Positions 9,449 through 18,422 of a stretch of DNA of 64,000 nucleotides are shown here, in pieces. The notes beneath the pieces were generated by a model, which was not told where the DNA came from, did no database searches, and was given only the letters and a program-made list of their open reading frames with translations. A program made the translations under genes and the position numbers. The stretch comes from Saprospira grandis DSM 2844 (GTDB lineage: Bacteria > Bacteroidota > Bacteroidia > Chitinophagales > Saprospiraceae): positions 1,060,988 to 1,124,987 of the forward strand of contig NZ_JH719942.1 in NCBI RefSeq assembly GCF_000275825.1, in the 5' to 3' direction. How positions within the stretch are numbered: the first letter of the stretch is position 1; each line of letters starts with the position of its first letter.

Positions 9449-9991
9449 CTATTCTCTTTCAATAGAGAACATTTGGTTTAGCTCGGCGCCAGCTTGGTTT
9501 TTCAGTTTGAAGTAGTAGGTTCCTTCTTTGAGGCTACTTACTTTGATGGCCTTATAGTTTTTGCCTTCTGTTACTTCAATGTTGTTATTGGCCGCCAGTT
9601 CAAATCCTTCCTCATCATACATTTCAAAGGTTAGATTTTCTTCGGTTGTTGATTCTAGTGAGAAAGCGAAGATATCATTGATGGGGCCTTCGGCCACAGT
9701 CATTTTAACGTCTAATTTCTGCGCTTCATTTTCGGCTTTGGCCAAAGAGCGCATGATGCCTGTAACGGCTTCTTCATTTTGCTTATCCTTTGCTTTTAGG
9801 ATAATCATATTCTCGGCGGGGATGCTAACGGCATCGCCGGCGATGCTAAACTTTTGTGCGCCGCGGGTTTCTTCTAGATTGATGCTTCCTGTCATGCTAC
9901 TGCCTGCCTTTTTGGCGAGGTCATCGCCACAGCTACTGAGGCTAAAAAGGATCATGGCGCTAAAGAGGAAAAGTAAATTGAGTTTCTTCAT
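9449..9991 (-). CDS. small lipoprotein paralog with T9SS CTD-like end (4 of 4)
   Basis: MKKLNLLFLFSAMILFSLSSCGDD. C-terminus FEMYDEEGFELAANNNI...NYKAIKVSSLKEGTYYFKLKNQAGAEL... Confidence 0.5.
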   Translation of the reverse strand: MKKLNLLFLFSAMILFSLSSCGDDLAKKAGSSMTGSINLEETRGAQKFSIAGDAVSIPAENMIILKAKDKQNEEAVTGIMRSLAKAENEAQKLDVKMTVAEGPINDIFAFSLESTTEENLTFEMYDEEGFELAANNNIEVTEGKNYKAIKVSSLKEGTYYFKLKNQAGAELNQMFSIERE

Positions 9992-10113
9992 GGTTGGTGC
10001 GATTTAAAAGTTGCTTTTTATAAATTTTCTATTGATTTTGCTATCTTATTTGGGTTGGCCTTTGGGCCAACCGTTTAATATTTCACTATTTCCTGGTCCT
10101 AATATCAAAAATA

Positions 10114-10428
10114 ATGCAAAACCAAGATAAGCAAGAACTTAATATTCAGATTTCTGAAGAAGTAGCTGATGGCATTTATTCTAACTTGGCCATCATTAGT
10201 CATTCTCCGGATGAGGTAGTTTTAGATTTCGTTCGTTTGGTCCCTAATATTGAGCATGCTCGGGTAAAATCTAGGGTATTGATGAGTCCGCATCATGCCA
10301 AGCGTTTATTGGCGGCTTTATCGGATAATTTGCAGCGTTACGAGCAAGAGTTTGGTCCGATTCAGGACCCTAGAAATGGCAGCCGCAACAGCAGTTTGTC
10401 TTATTCTGGTCCTAAGGGGCAGGCTTAA
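10114..10428 (+). CDS. DUF3467 family protein
   Basis: ...IYSNLAIISHSPDEVVLDFVRLVPNIEHARVKSRVLMSPHHAKRLLAALSDNLQRYEQEFGPI matches the family as I remember it. Confidence 0.75.
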   Translation: MQNQDKQELNIQISEEVADGIYSNLAIISHSPDEVVLDFVRLVPNIEHARVKSRVLMSPHHAKRLLAALSDNLQRYEQEFGPIQDPRNGSRNSSLSYSGPKGQA

Positions 10429-10454
10429 ATTAATACCGCCCAAAATCAAGCCAA

Positions 10455-10478
10455 AAGCCCTTTTTAAGGGCTTTTTTT
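10455..10478 (+). terminator. rho-independent terminator
   Basis: AAGCCC-ttttt-AAGGGCTT-TTTTTT. Confidence 0.55.
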
Positions 10479-10502
10479 ATGGGCCTAGGGGTATTTCTCT
10501 GG

Positions 10503-10668
10503 ATAAGGCGGCCAAGCCGCCGCAGAGGAGCGCAGCGACTTGGCTGAGGGGCTGTAGCAGGGCCGCCGCAGGCGGCAGACCGAGGCGGCTTGCCGCCGAA
10601 GGGCCGAGCGAACAGCGAGCTGTGCAATGGCCCGACCCGCAGCGAAGCGCAGGGGCAGCCCCAAAAAA
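10503..10668. repeat. GC-rich interspersed repeat (GGGGCAGCCCCAAAA end)
   Basis: gccgccgcagaggagcgcagcgac...gctgtagcagggccgccgcaggcggcagaccgaggcg...gaagggccgagcgaacagcgagctgtgcaatggcccgaccc... Confidence 0.7.
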
Positions 10669-10674
10669 GGGGTA

Positions 10675-12510
10675 TTAATCAAATAATTGCCAGAGAACAG
10701 AGAGTCGGAGCCAGTTATTGGCCTCGGCATATTGGTAGCTACTAAAGTAATTTTGGTTTTCCCAGAAGTAGCTAATATTTTGGTAATTGAGGCCAATTCG
10801 GAAGCGATAGACCTTGAGGACGGCAAAGGCGTCTAGTTGGGGATAAAACTGTAGGAGTTGTTGGTCTTGCAGGTAAAATTGGTTCCAAGTTGGGGCATAG
10901 GCTTGGGCGTAGAAGGCTGTTTGGTAGCGTAGGCGGAAGCCCAGTTGCCAGCTTGCGTTTCGGAAATATTTGCCTTTAAAGTAGAGTTTTTGTTGGAGTT
11001 GGCCTTGGGGCAGGGGCCAGTATTTTTCTTCTCCAACTTGTAGCTGCCCAACTAGGCGAGTCTTGGAATAAAAGCCTTTGTAGTGGAAGCTTTGCTGGAG
11101 TTCGGCTTGCAGCAAGCTCAGGCTACTATTGAGTTGTTCGCTTTGGCCGTTTAGGTTGTAGATAATGGGGTTTTGGCGGAGGAAATACTGGGCTTTGAGG
11201 CTTCCCTCCTGCCCTTTCCAGCTCAGGCCGAGGCCGAGATTGGCTTCTTGGCTTTGGCCAAAGTCATTGTTCCAGATTTCTTGGCCAGAGAGATAGGCTT
11301 TTTGTTCTAAAAAGCTGGGGCGAAACTGCTGCATTTGTCCCCAGGCTGCTACAGCTAGTCCTTTAGACAAGGGGCGTTCATAGCGCAGTTTGAGCTGATA
11401 ATCTAGGGTTTGATCTCCAAATAAAACTTGGCCTGAGGCGCTTAGATTTTGGCCTTGATAATTGGCGGCAGCAAAAACGCTATTGAGTTGTTCTAGGGGC
11501 AGGGGTTCTTGTGTAATGGCTTGAAATCTGTGGCCCAAAAAGAGCTGAATATCAGCGAGCTGATAGCTCAATTGATTTTGAATCAGCTGTTGTTGCATGG
11601 CCATTCTCAGGCCTCGGTTATTAACCTGAAGTGGTCCGTAGAAGCTACTATCTGTGGCTAGATTATTATCAAAAAACTTGAATTGTTCTTCTTGGTAATG
11701 CAGTTGGTGCTCCCAGTTTTTCCAGTTTTGGCGATAGAGCAGTTCCAAAAAGCGATTTTCCTGTCGGGGCGAGTCATTATCGCCTTCATTGAGGCTAGTT
11801 TCGGCAGTTTCTAAAAAATCATTGCTCAGGCCTTGCAAAACACTATCTTGCAGGCCGCCATTTTCGCTTTGATTTTGGCTAGAAGAGACGACAAACAGGC
11901 TGCCCTTATAGTTGGCTTTTTGGTAGTGAAGCTGCAGGCCGAGGTCTCTATGTTGGCTAGAGAGGCTATTAAAATAGCCTCTTTGGCTCAGCACGCTATA
12001 CTGGATGCCATAATAGAGTTGTTTATTGTATTGCTGGGCCAATTCGGCTTTGAGGGCCAGATTTTTCAGATTAATTTGGCTGTAATAAAGGTTGGTTAGG
12101 GCTTTATCATTTTCTACCTCATAGATGCGGAGTTGTTTGGGGCGCAGGCGGTAGCGGTCCAGATGTTCACCAGCGCCTAGGCGGGGGCCTAATTCTTTTT
12201 CTTCATACTGCCAAGTTTTGGCAAAAACGGGCGTTCCCCAATGGCCTAAATTCCCGTAGTTTTGGGTCCAACTTTCTTCTGCCCAGCCCCAGGCAAAATC
12301 ATGCATATAATGGAGGCTAGTATCTAGTTTGGCCCATTTGTTTTTGCTTAGGGCATAGCGCCATTTTATCTTCAGGCTATCGCCTAATTTCTGAAAGCGT
12401 TCGGCTTCTGTGGCTGCGGGCAGGCTATCTTGCTGAAGGCTATCTACTGGCGTTTGGGCCCAGCTGCTACTGGCCCAAAAGAGCAGAGTAGCGAAAAGAA
12501 CAATTCGCAT
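10675..12510 (-). CDS. hypothetical outer-membrane beta-barrel protein
   Basis: Signal peptide (...SSSWAQ). Q/N/Y/G-rich alternating pattern. C-terminus ...SVLWQLFD. Confidence 0.45.
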   Translation of the reverse strand: MRIVLFATLLFWASSSWAQTPVDSLQQDSLPAATEAERFQKLGDSLKIKWRYALSKNKWAKLDTSLHYMHDFAWGWAEESWTQNYGNLGHWGTPVFAKTWQYEEKELGPRLGAGEHLDRYRLRPKQLRIYEVENDKALTNLYYSQINLKNLALKAELAQQYNKQLYYGIQYSVLSQRGYFNSLSSQHRDLGLQLHYQKANYKGSLFVVSSSQNQSENGGLQDSVLQGLSNDFLETAETSLNEGDNDSPRQENRFLELLYRQNWKNWEHQLHYQEEQFKFFDNNLATDSSFYGPLQVNNRGLRMAMQQQLIQNQLSYQLADIQLFLGHRFQAITQEPLPLEQLNSVFAAANYQGQNLSASGQVLFGDQTLDYQLKLRYERPLSKGLAVAAWGQMQQFRPSFLEQKAYLSGQEIWNNDFGQSQEANLGLGLSWKGQEGSLKAQYFLRQNPIIYNLNGQSEQLNSSLSLLQAELQQSFHYKGFYSKTRLVGQLQVGEEKYWPLPQGQLQQKLYFKGKYFRNASWQLGFRLRYQTAFYAQAYAPTWNQFYLQDQQLLQFYPQLDAFAVLKVYRFRIGLNYQNISYFWENQNYFSSYQYAEANNWLRLSVLWQLFD

Positions 12511-12526
12511 AGAGCTTTAATTTTTG

Positions 12527-12568
12527 CGCAAAAAAAAGCCATGGACCCAAAGAGTCGATGGCTTTTTA
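12527..12568 (-). terminator. rho-independent terminator downstream of the HU gene
   Basis: The minus strand reads AAGCCAT...ATGGCTT followed by TTTTTTTT. Confidence 0.5.
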
Positions 12569-12593
12569 TCAGAACTTAGAAAGAAAAAGCAAT

Positions 12594-12920
12594 TTACTTC
12601 TTCTTTTTCTTGTCAGCAACAGCTTTAAGGCTAGTGCGTAGATCTTTGTTATCTACAGTACCAGCAAGCTCTTTACCTGCTTTAAACTTTACAGTTACCT
12701 TATCGCTGATTTGGATTTCCTTCTGCGTAGAGGGGTTGATTCCTTTACGGGCAGCACGGTAATTCACATCAAAAGTACCGAAACCCACCAAAGTGATTTT
12801 TTGGCCTGCTTTCAAAGTGTCAGCAATAGTTTCTAGGGTAGCATTCAAGGCTGCAGCAGCATCAGCTTTTTTCAAGCCAGCAGCTTCTGCAATTTTGTCG
12901 ATCAAATCTCCTTTGTTCAT
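12594..12920 (-). CDS. hup: HU family DNA-binding protein
   Basis: MNKGDLIDKIAE...TLVGFGTFDVNYRAARKGINPSTQKEIQI...K-rich tail. Confidence 0.9.
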   Translation of the reverse strand: MNKGDLIDKIAEAAGLKKADAAAALNATLETIADTLKAGQKITLVGFGTFDVNYRAARKGINPSTQKEIQISDKVTVKFKAGKELAGTVDNKDLRTSLKAVADKKKKK

Positions 12921-13149
12921 AGTTAAATTCTAGATTATCCAAATGATACAGTAATTCTTGCGCCCTAAAAAGCTAGCTTGGGGTAGTTTGAATAGGCAGG
13001 GGGGCTCTGTATCTAGGGCTTCTTACTGTTCTTCAAACCAATGGTCGAAGGTCTAGCTTTCGGCGCTTACAAATTTATGTCCTTTTGTAGCATTTCCAAA
13101 CATTTACCCAAAAAAAGCAAATAAAGGCCCTAAAAAAGGCCATTTTAGT

Positions 13150-13370
13150 ACTGTTTTGGGGCCTCCGCAGCCAAGCTGCGGCGGTTACTCCCTTGGGTCG
13201 TCGAAGACGAACTAAAGTTCTTGTTGTCGCTTCGGGGCTCGCAGGTTTGCTCGGCCACTCGTTTTTTCGCTGCGCTCAAAAACTCGGTCTGGCCCTCTGG
13301 GCCAGCCCTCCGCATCGCTAGGCCAATAAAGGCCTTCGGCCCAGAGCGGCTTCGCCGCCAAAAGAGCCTG
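13150..13370. repeat. GC-rich interspersed repeat
   Basis: ttttggggcctccgcag...ggggctcgcaggtttgctcggcc...ttttttcgctgcgctcaaaaactcggtctggcc...gcatcgctaggcc. Confidence 0.6.
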
Positions 13371-13378
13371 CCTAAAAT

Positions 13379-13412
13379 AACAACAGCCAGTCAGAAATCT
13401 GACTGGCTGTTG
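13379..13412 (-). terminator. perfect 16-bp hairpin immediately 3' of the tRNA-Gln gene
   Basis: AACAACAGCCAGTCAG-aaat-CTGACTGGCTGTTGTT. Confidence 0.5.
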
Positions 13413-13484
13413 TTGGCCTACTAGGACTCGAACCTAGAATGACAGAACCAAAATCTGCTGTGTTACCAATTACACCATAGGCCA
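13413..13484 (-). tRNA. tRNA-Gln (anticodon UUG), copy 1
   Basis: Hand-folded cloverleaf. Acceptor TGGCCTA/TAGGCCA, D stem GTGT/ACAC, anticodon stem GCAGA/TCTGT with loop TTTTGGT (U33, UUG), T arm CTAGG-TTCGAGT-CCTAG. Confidence 0.7.
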
Positions 13485-13532
13485 ATAAAATCTTTGCTAC
13501 GTATAAGAGCCAAACTCTTCTTGGAAAAGTTG

Positions 13533-13604
13533 TTGGCCTACTAGGACTCGAACCTAGAATGACAGAACCAAAATCTGCTGTGTTACCAATTACACCATAG
13601 GCCA
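13533..13604 (-). tRNA. tRNA-Gln (anticodon UUG), copy 2 (tandem duplicate)
   Basis: Identical 72-nt sequence about 120 bp from copy 1. Confidence 0.7.
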
Positions 13605-13654
13605 ATTCCGTAGCGGCACAAATATAAGAAGGAAAATTAAATGGCCAAAACTTT

Positions 13655-14086
13655 TCACATTTTTTCTAGAAAAATTTGTCGTTTCCCTTCTTCTTGGACC
13701 AAAATCCTCAAATGCAGTGCATTTTCGGCTAGCAAAGGTAGCAAAATTTCTGGCCATTCTACAAAAAAGTAATGTTCATCTTCTAGGTAATCTTCAATCC
13801 CAATATCTAGGGCTTCTTCTAGGCGATCTAGGCGGTAGAGATCGGCATGGCGGACGAGCAGGGGGCTGCCTTGCAAGCTATATTCGTTGATGAGGCTATA
13901 ACTAGGGCTACTGGCCTCTTCTTGGCCCCCTAGGGCTTGCAGTAAATAATGGACCAGGGTGGTTTTTCCGGCCCCCATAGGCGCATCTAAAAAAACTTTG
14001 CGGTAAGTTTGCAGGGGTCCGGCAGCTAGCTGCTGGGCCAGTTCGGCCAATTCGGCCAAATTGTTTACCGTATAATCTGCTTGCAT
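13655..14086 (-). CDS. tsaE: tRNA threonylcarbamoyladenosine biosynthesis protein TsaE (start trimmed to MQADYTV)
   Basis: P-loop FLDAPMGAGKTTLV. About 144 aa. YjeE-like. Confidence 0.75.
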   Translation of the reverse strand: MQADYTVNNLAELAELAQQLAAGPLQTYRKVFLDAPMGAGKTTLVHYLLQALGGQEEASSPSYSLINEYSLQGSPLLVRHADLYRLDRLEEALDIGIEDYLEDEHYFFVEWPEILLPLLAENALHLRILVQEEGKRQIFLEKM

Positions 14087-14138
14087 AATGAATTTAATTT
14101 CTGCAAAATTAGTCCAGTTTTTTGGGCTTCCCAAAAAA

Positions 14139-14927
14139 ATGAGCGCTGGCCTACTTCTTTTTGGCCTTTTTTTTACGGCCTGCAAAAGCAGCAGCCCGCT
14201 GGCCTACCTACAAGCCCCGCCCCAAGACAAGATGCAAATTGATGGACGGAGCGAGGATTGGCCAGAGGGTCTACAGCGGTTAAGAGAAAAAATTAACATT
14301 CAGTATGCGGCCAAAGAAGACGAGGAATTTCTCTACCTATATATACGTATAGATGAGGCGAACTACCAAAATTACGTTTTGGCCAATGGGGCGCAAATTT
14401 GGATAGACAGTTTGGGCAAAGACAAAAAAAGCTTGGGGCTCAATTATCCGCTGCCCTTGGCCAACAGCCGCTTAGAGGAATTGGCCCAAAAAGCAGGGGT
14501 TGACGAGGCCAAATTTTTGGCCCTCTACACCCAAGAATTGCAAGAATTTGAACTCCTCAATTTTGTTGCTGAGGATATTCGCGTAAGTAATTTGGCCTCT
14601 AAAGATTTTAAAACTGCCGCTCATTTTGATGCAGGCAAGCGTCTCTGCCTAGAGTTTCAACTGCCTAAAAAACGCCTAGGCCTCGCCCCAAAACAAAAAA
14701 CGCCTTTTTCCCTAGGCTTTTTTGTCCGAGCGGCCAAAGTCTCCCCCTTTGAGCAGGCAGAACAGGCGGGTAGTCTCTTTGACGAACAAGACCCCCAGAA
14801 TGGCGTAACCAGTAGCAACCCCATGCTGGGCGGTAGCAGTCAACAAATGAACAGAAATAACAGCTTATCTATTTCGCCTAAAAGTAACTTACCAAAAATT
14901 TGGACTAGACTTAGCCCCAAAGAATAA
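14139..14927 (+). CDS. hypothetical lipoprotein
   Basis: MSAGLLLFGLFFTACKSSS lipobox. Q/N-rich C-terminus. Confidence 0.45.
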   Translation: MSAGLLLFGLFFTACKSSSPLAYLQAPPQDKMQIDGRSEDWPEGLQRLREKINIQYAAKEDEEFLYLYIRIDEANYQNYVLANGAQIWIDSLGKDKKSLGLNYPLPLANSRLEELAQKAGVDEAKFLALYTQELQEFELLNFVAEDIRVSNLASKDFKTAAHFDAGKRLCLEFQLPKKRLGLAPKQKTPFSLGFFVRAAKVSPFEQAEQAGSLFDEQDPQNGVTSSNPMLGGSSQQMNRNNSLSISPKSNLPKIWTRLSPKE

Positions 14928-15280
14928 GATGTTTCGACATCTAAATAGTTGTTCAATTTTTGTGACAAGAGATATATTAGATATATTTCAACAGTGTTTT
15001 GCCTTAAAATGGCACTTTTGTCCTTTTTTTTCTTTCTCCTCTTCATTTCTGCTAAAGACTCAAAAGTAAAAAAATGCAAGATAAATAGCTGTTTATCAGC
15101 TAAATATATAGTAATATTACTAAATTCAGGAAAGCTAGGTAAAACACCTAAAAAACGGATAATAGGCCTTTTTCTGAGCCAGGAACGAACAAAAGCCACC
15201 ATATTTATAACACAACAAACAGCGACTAGCTTAGCTTGCTAACTAGGAAACTGTTTGGGGTAAATAATGGGGATTTTTAT

Positions 15281-15317
15281 AAGCATCAAACTTGGGGGAG
15301 TTTGATGCTTTTTTTTG
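15281..15317 (+). terminator. rho-independent terminator ending an AT-rich non-coding stretch
   Basis: AAGCATCAAACT-tggggg-AGTTTGATGCTT-TTTTTT. Confidence 0.6.
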
Positions 15318-15329
15318 GTCTATTTTGCG

Positions 15330-15502
15330 GTGGGCAGGCGGCAAAGCCGCCGCAAGCGAGCGAAGCGAAGCGGCTGAGGGGCTGAAGCAGGGCCGCCGCA
15401 GGCGGCAGACCAAAGCGGCGCAGCCGCTGCAGGGCCGAGCAGACCTGCGAGCTGTGCAATGGCCCGACCCAAGGCCGTAGGCCGCAGGGGCAGCCCCAAA
15501 AC
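15330..15502. repeat. GC-rich interspersed repeat
   Basis: Same module set as 10503-10668. Confidence 0.7.
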
Positions 15503-15505
15503 CTT

Positions 15506-16192
15506 CTATTCTGGAATAGGATGATCCAGCATTTTAAAGGTAAAGAATTCGAGCATATTAACCACTGCGTCTAGGCGGCCTTGCTCTACAGAAACATCGG
15601 TAATAGAGGGAAAATGCTCGGCAAAATAGATGTGGTCGCTGGCCATTTCGATCAGGCTAGAGGCCAGGGTATTGGGGTAGGGAAAATTGGGATTAACCGC
15701 CTGAATGGCATCTGCAATCACCTTAGACAGTGTTTTATAGTTGAGGAAAAGGCCATCTTTATTTTCATCATCGACCTCTTTGGTATGGTAAGCCTTAATG
15801 CCCTCGGCCACCACAATGCGGTGCAGGCGGTTTTCGTCTACATATTCTACGGCAGGATTGGTTTGGGAAGAAGTGACCAGGGTAGACAAAATAATTTTTA
15901 GTCGCTTGGCTGGGCAAGTAATATTCATGCTATTATAATCAATTTGGAACATGGTCCATTCCCAGTACCAGCAGACCAAATAGAGCAGCAATTTGTGCTT
16001 ATTTTCAAAGTAGCGATAGACCGAAGCCTCTGTTGATTGTATTTTGCAGGCCAGCTTTTTAAAGGTAAACTTCTCGAACCCCAGTTCCTCGATAAGGATA
16101 ATGGCATACTCGATAATTTTTCGGCCTAGTTTAGTTTGCTGCGGGTCGCGCAGATAGAGGTTTTCGTTGAGTTGAATATGGATAGCAATCAT
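15506..16192 (-). CDS. TetR/AcrR family transcriptional regulator
   Basis: N-terminal HTH: KLGRKIIEYAIILIEELGFEKFTFKKLACKIQSTEASVYRYFENKHKLL. Confidence 0.8.
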   Translation of the reverse strand: MIAIHIQLNENLYLRDPQQTKLGRKIIEYAIILIEELGFEKFTFKKLACKIQSTEASVYRYFENKHKLLLYLVCWYWEWTMFQIDYNSMNITCPAKRLKIILSTLVTSSQTNPAVEYVDENRLHRIVVAEGIKAYHTKEVDDENKDGLFLNYKTLSKVIADAIQAVNPNFPYPNTLASSLIEMASDHIYFAEHFPSITDVSVEQGRLDAVVNMLEFFTFKMLDHPIPE

Positions 16193-16250
16193 ATGTGATT
16201 GTTGAGCAGTGGTTCTAGAGCGGTATTAAGGGGCAAAGATAGGCTTAAAA

Positions 16251-16284
16251 TAAGAAAAAACCCTTTTGCAGCTACGCAAAAGGG
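16251..16284 (-). terminator. rho-independent terminator after the SulP gene
   Basis: CCCTTTTGC-agctac-GCAAAAGGG with a U-run on the minus strand. Confidence 0.5.
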
Positions 16285-16309
16285 CCTTATCCAAATAGCT
16301 AAGGGAAAA

Positions 16310-17905
16310 TTAGCTGGCTGTTTCTTGCGGTTGTATCCGCTTTAGTTCGGCCAAGGTTTCCCCTTTTCTATCTAGCCCCTGCCAATTCCATTTTATTTCT
16401 TTAAACTGGGCATAATCCTTAAAATCTTCAAAGACATCTAGGATATCGGGGGCAATATATTCTGTTCGGCTAACATCAATAATCAATTGACTTTTAGCGG
16501 GAAGATTAGACAAATATTTTTTTACTGCGCTTTTGTTGAGGAAAGAGAGATCTTCTGAGAGCGTTAGGTAAATCTTATTGCCCTCTTTAGTTTCTACAAA
16601 AGGCAGGCGATAGTTATTGCGTAAAATATAGAAAACGGCCACTGCCATCCCGATCATAATTCCAATGAGCAAATCGCTGAGCAAGATGGCTATAATGGTA
16701 ACCAAAAAGGGCACAAACTGTTTGTAGCCTTGTTGCCACATCTGCTTAAAAACGCTAGGGTTGGCCAATTTATAGCCCACCATTACCAAAATAGCGGCTA
16801 AGCTAGCCAATGGAATCAGGTTGAGCAGAAAGGGAATCGTCAAAACGGCCAAAAGCAGAAAAAGCCCATGCAAAAATGCCGCAGTTTTTGAGCGTCCGCC
16901 CGACTGAATATTGGCCGAAGAGCGCACAATAACTTGGGTTACGGGCAATCCGCCTAGCAAACCGGCCGCAATATTCCCTATGCCCTGCGCCTTGAGCTCC
17001 TGATTGAGGTTGGTGGTCCGTTTGTGTGGGTCCAACTTATCGGTTGCCTCGGCACAAAGCAAAGACTCCATACTCCCCACAATGGCCAAGGTAATCGCCG
17101 TGGTATAAACAGCTGGATTAAAGAGCTCGGCAAAATTGGGAAACTTCATTTCATTAGAAAAAGCCGCCCAAGAATCAAAAATGGGCAGACTGACCAGATG
17201 TTCTGGGGCAATTTCTAATTGCGGAATCCCTTTAAAGCTCAAATTCAGTACGATGCCTGAAAAAACCGCCACCAAAGGCCCTTGAATCCATAAGGCCCAA
17301 GGCTGCTTTTTAATCATCTCTTGTTGCCAAATAATGAGAATGATAAAGGCGACCAAAGCCGCTACGGCAGGTCCCCAGTTTACATTCAGCCCCTCAAAAA
17401 CATCCGTAAAGGCCTTAAAAATTTCACTAAAAGTGGTCTCTCCATCGGGCTGAAGATAAGCCATCTCCCCCTCGGGGTCCTTATCGTCGCCTAGTGCATG
17501 CGGAATTTGCTTGAGGATAATGATCAAACCAATTCCCGATAGCATGCCTTTAATCACTGCTGCAGGAAAAAAATACCCAATGCCGCCAGCCTTAAAAAAA
17601 CCTAATAACAACTGCAAAAGGCCAGAAATGACCACGGCTAGCAAAAAGGTCTCAAAACTGCCCAATTGCTCAATTGCTGCAATGACAATAGCCACCAAAC
17701 CCGCAGCCGGGCCGCTAACACCTAGAGATGAATTGGAAAAAAGCGTAACCACTACGCCACCCACAATGCCGGCAATAATGCCCGACAAAAGAGAGGTGCC
17801 TGAGGCCAGGGCAATACCTAGACATAGAGGAACCGCTACCAAAAAAACGACAATTGCCGCAGGTAGATCGTTCTTCCAGTGCTTGAAAGTAAGGGGAGCT
17901 TTCAT
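16310..17905 (-). CDS. SulP family anion transporter with C-terminal STAS domain
   Basis: About 10-12 TM helices in the SulP pattern. The cytoplasmic C-terminal ~130 aa are STAS-like. Confidence 0.85.
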   Translation of the reverse strand: MKAPLTFKHWKNDLPAAIVVFLVAVPLCLGIALASGTSLLSGIIAGIVGGVVVTLFSNSSLGVSGPAAGLVAIVIAAIEQLGSFETFLLAVVISGLLQLLLGFFKAGGIGYFFPAAVIKGMLSGIGLIIILKQIPHALGDDKDPEGEMAYLQPDGETTFSEIFKAFTDVFEGLNVNWGPAVAALVAFIILIIWQQEMIKKQPWALWIQGPLVAVFSGIVLNLSFKGIPQLEIAPEHLVSLPIFDSWAAFSNEMKFPNFAELFNPAVYTTAITLAIVGSMESLLCAEATDKLDPHKRTTNLNQELKAQGIGNIAAGLLGGLPVTQVIVRSSANIQSGGRSKTAAFLHGLFLLLAVLTIPFLLNLIPLASLAAILVMVGYKLANPSVFKQMWQQGYKQFVPFLVTIIAILLSDLLIGIMIGMAVAVFYILRNNYRLPFVETKEGNKIYLTLSEDLSFLNKSAVKKYLSNLPAKSQLIIDVSRTEYIAPDILDVFEDFKDYAQFKEIKWNWQGLDRKGETLAELKRIQPQETAS

Positions 17906-18042
17906 AAACTAAAATAGAATGTAGAACACATTTAAGGACTAAGCCAACTGTGCTCAAGGGTAAATAATAGTAATACTATCAAGCACAAAGGTAATTAACT
18001 TAAATTAGTTAGTTTTCCTTTTTTTTTATTTTTTTATTGATT

Positions 18043-18385
18043 TTTTGGGGCTGCCCCTTCGCTTCGCTCGGGTCGGGCTGTGTCAGGGCTCGCAGGTCTG
18101 CTCGGCCCTGCGCAAAATTTCGCTAGGCTCATTTTGCTAGGTCTGCGGCTTCGCCGCCCCCTTTTCCATCCCTCAGCCAGATTTAATTGCGCTGCTTTGG
18201 CTATAGTTTGCTATGATTTTTTTGGCTAGACCAGCTATTTTTTAAGGGCATAGCCTTCGCTATAGCCGAGAAAAATAGGGCCGACTAGCGGAAAATTGCT
18301 GCAAACTATAAAAGTGAGTGCATTTAAATTTGGCTATGGCCTGCGGCCCTTTGGGCCTGCTAGACCTAAAAAAGGCCCAAAACCT
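18043..18385. repeat. GC-rich interspersed repeat carrying a two-level nested insertion
   Basis: It starts like the 3524 copy, then carries the AGATTTAATTGCGCTGCTTTGGCTATAG... insert. That insert is interrupted by a further ~105 bp flanked by TTTGGCTA direct repeats. It ends cctgcggccctttgggcctgctagac. Confidence 0.6.
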
Positions 18386-18422
18386 TAGGGTTTTGGGCCT
18401 TTAGGGCCGGAGCGCTTTCTCT

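Noticed and set aside
13372-13605. 77-aa ORF (MAYGVIGNTADFGSV... repeated twice)
   Set aside because: It is the reverse-strand translation of the two tandem tRNA-Gln genes.
14949-15242. 97-aa ORF in the AT-rich region
   Set aside because: The sequence is low-complexity (F/L/K/I-rich) in a roughly 30% GC stretch with no ribosome-binding context. It is more likely non-coding, see the sRNA finding.
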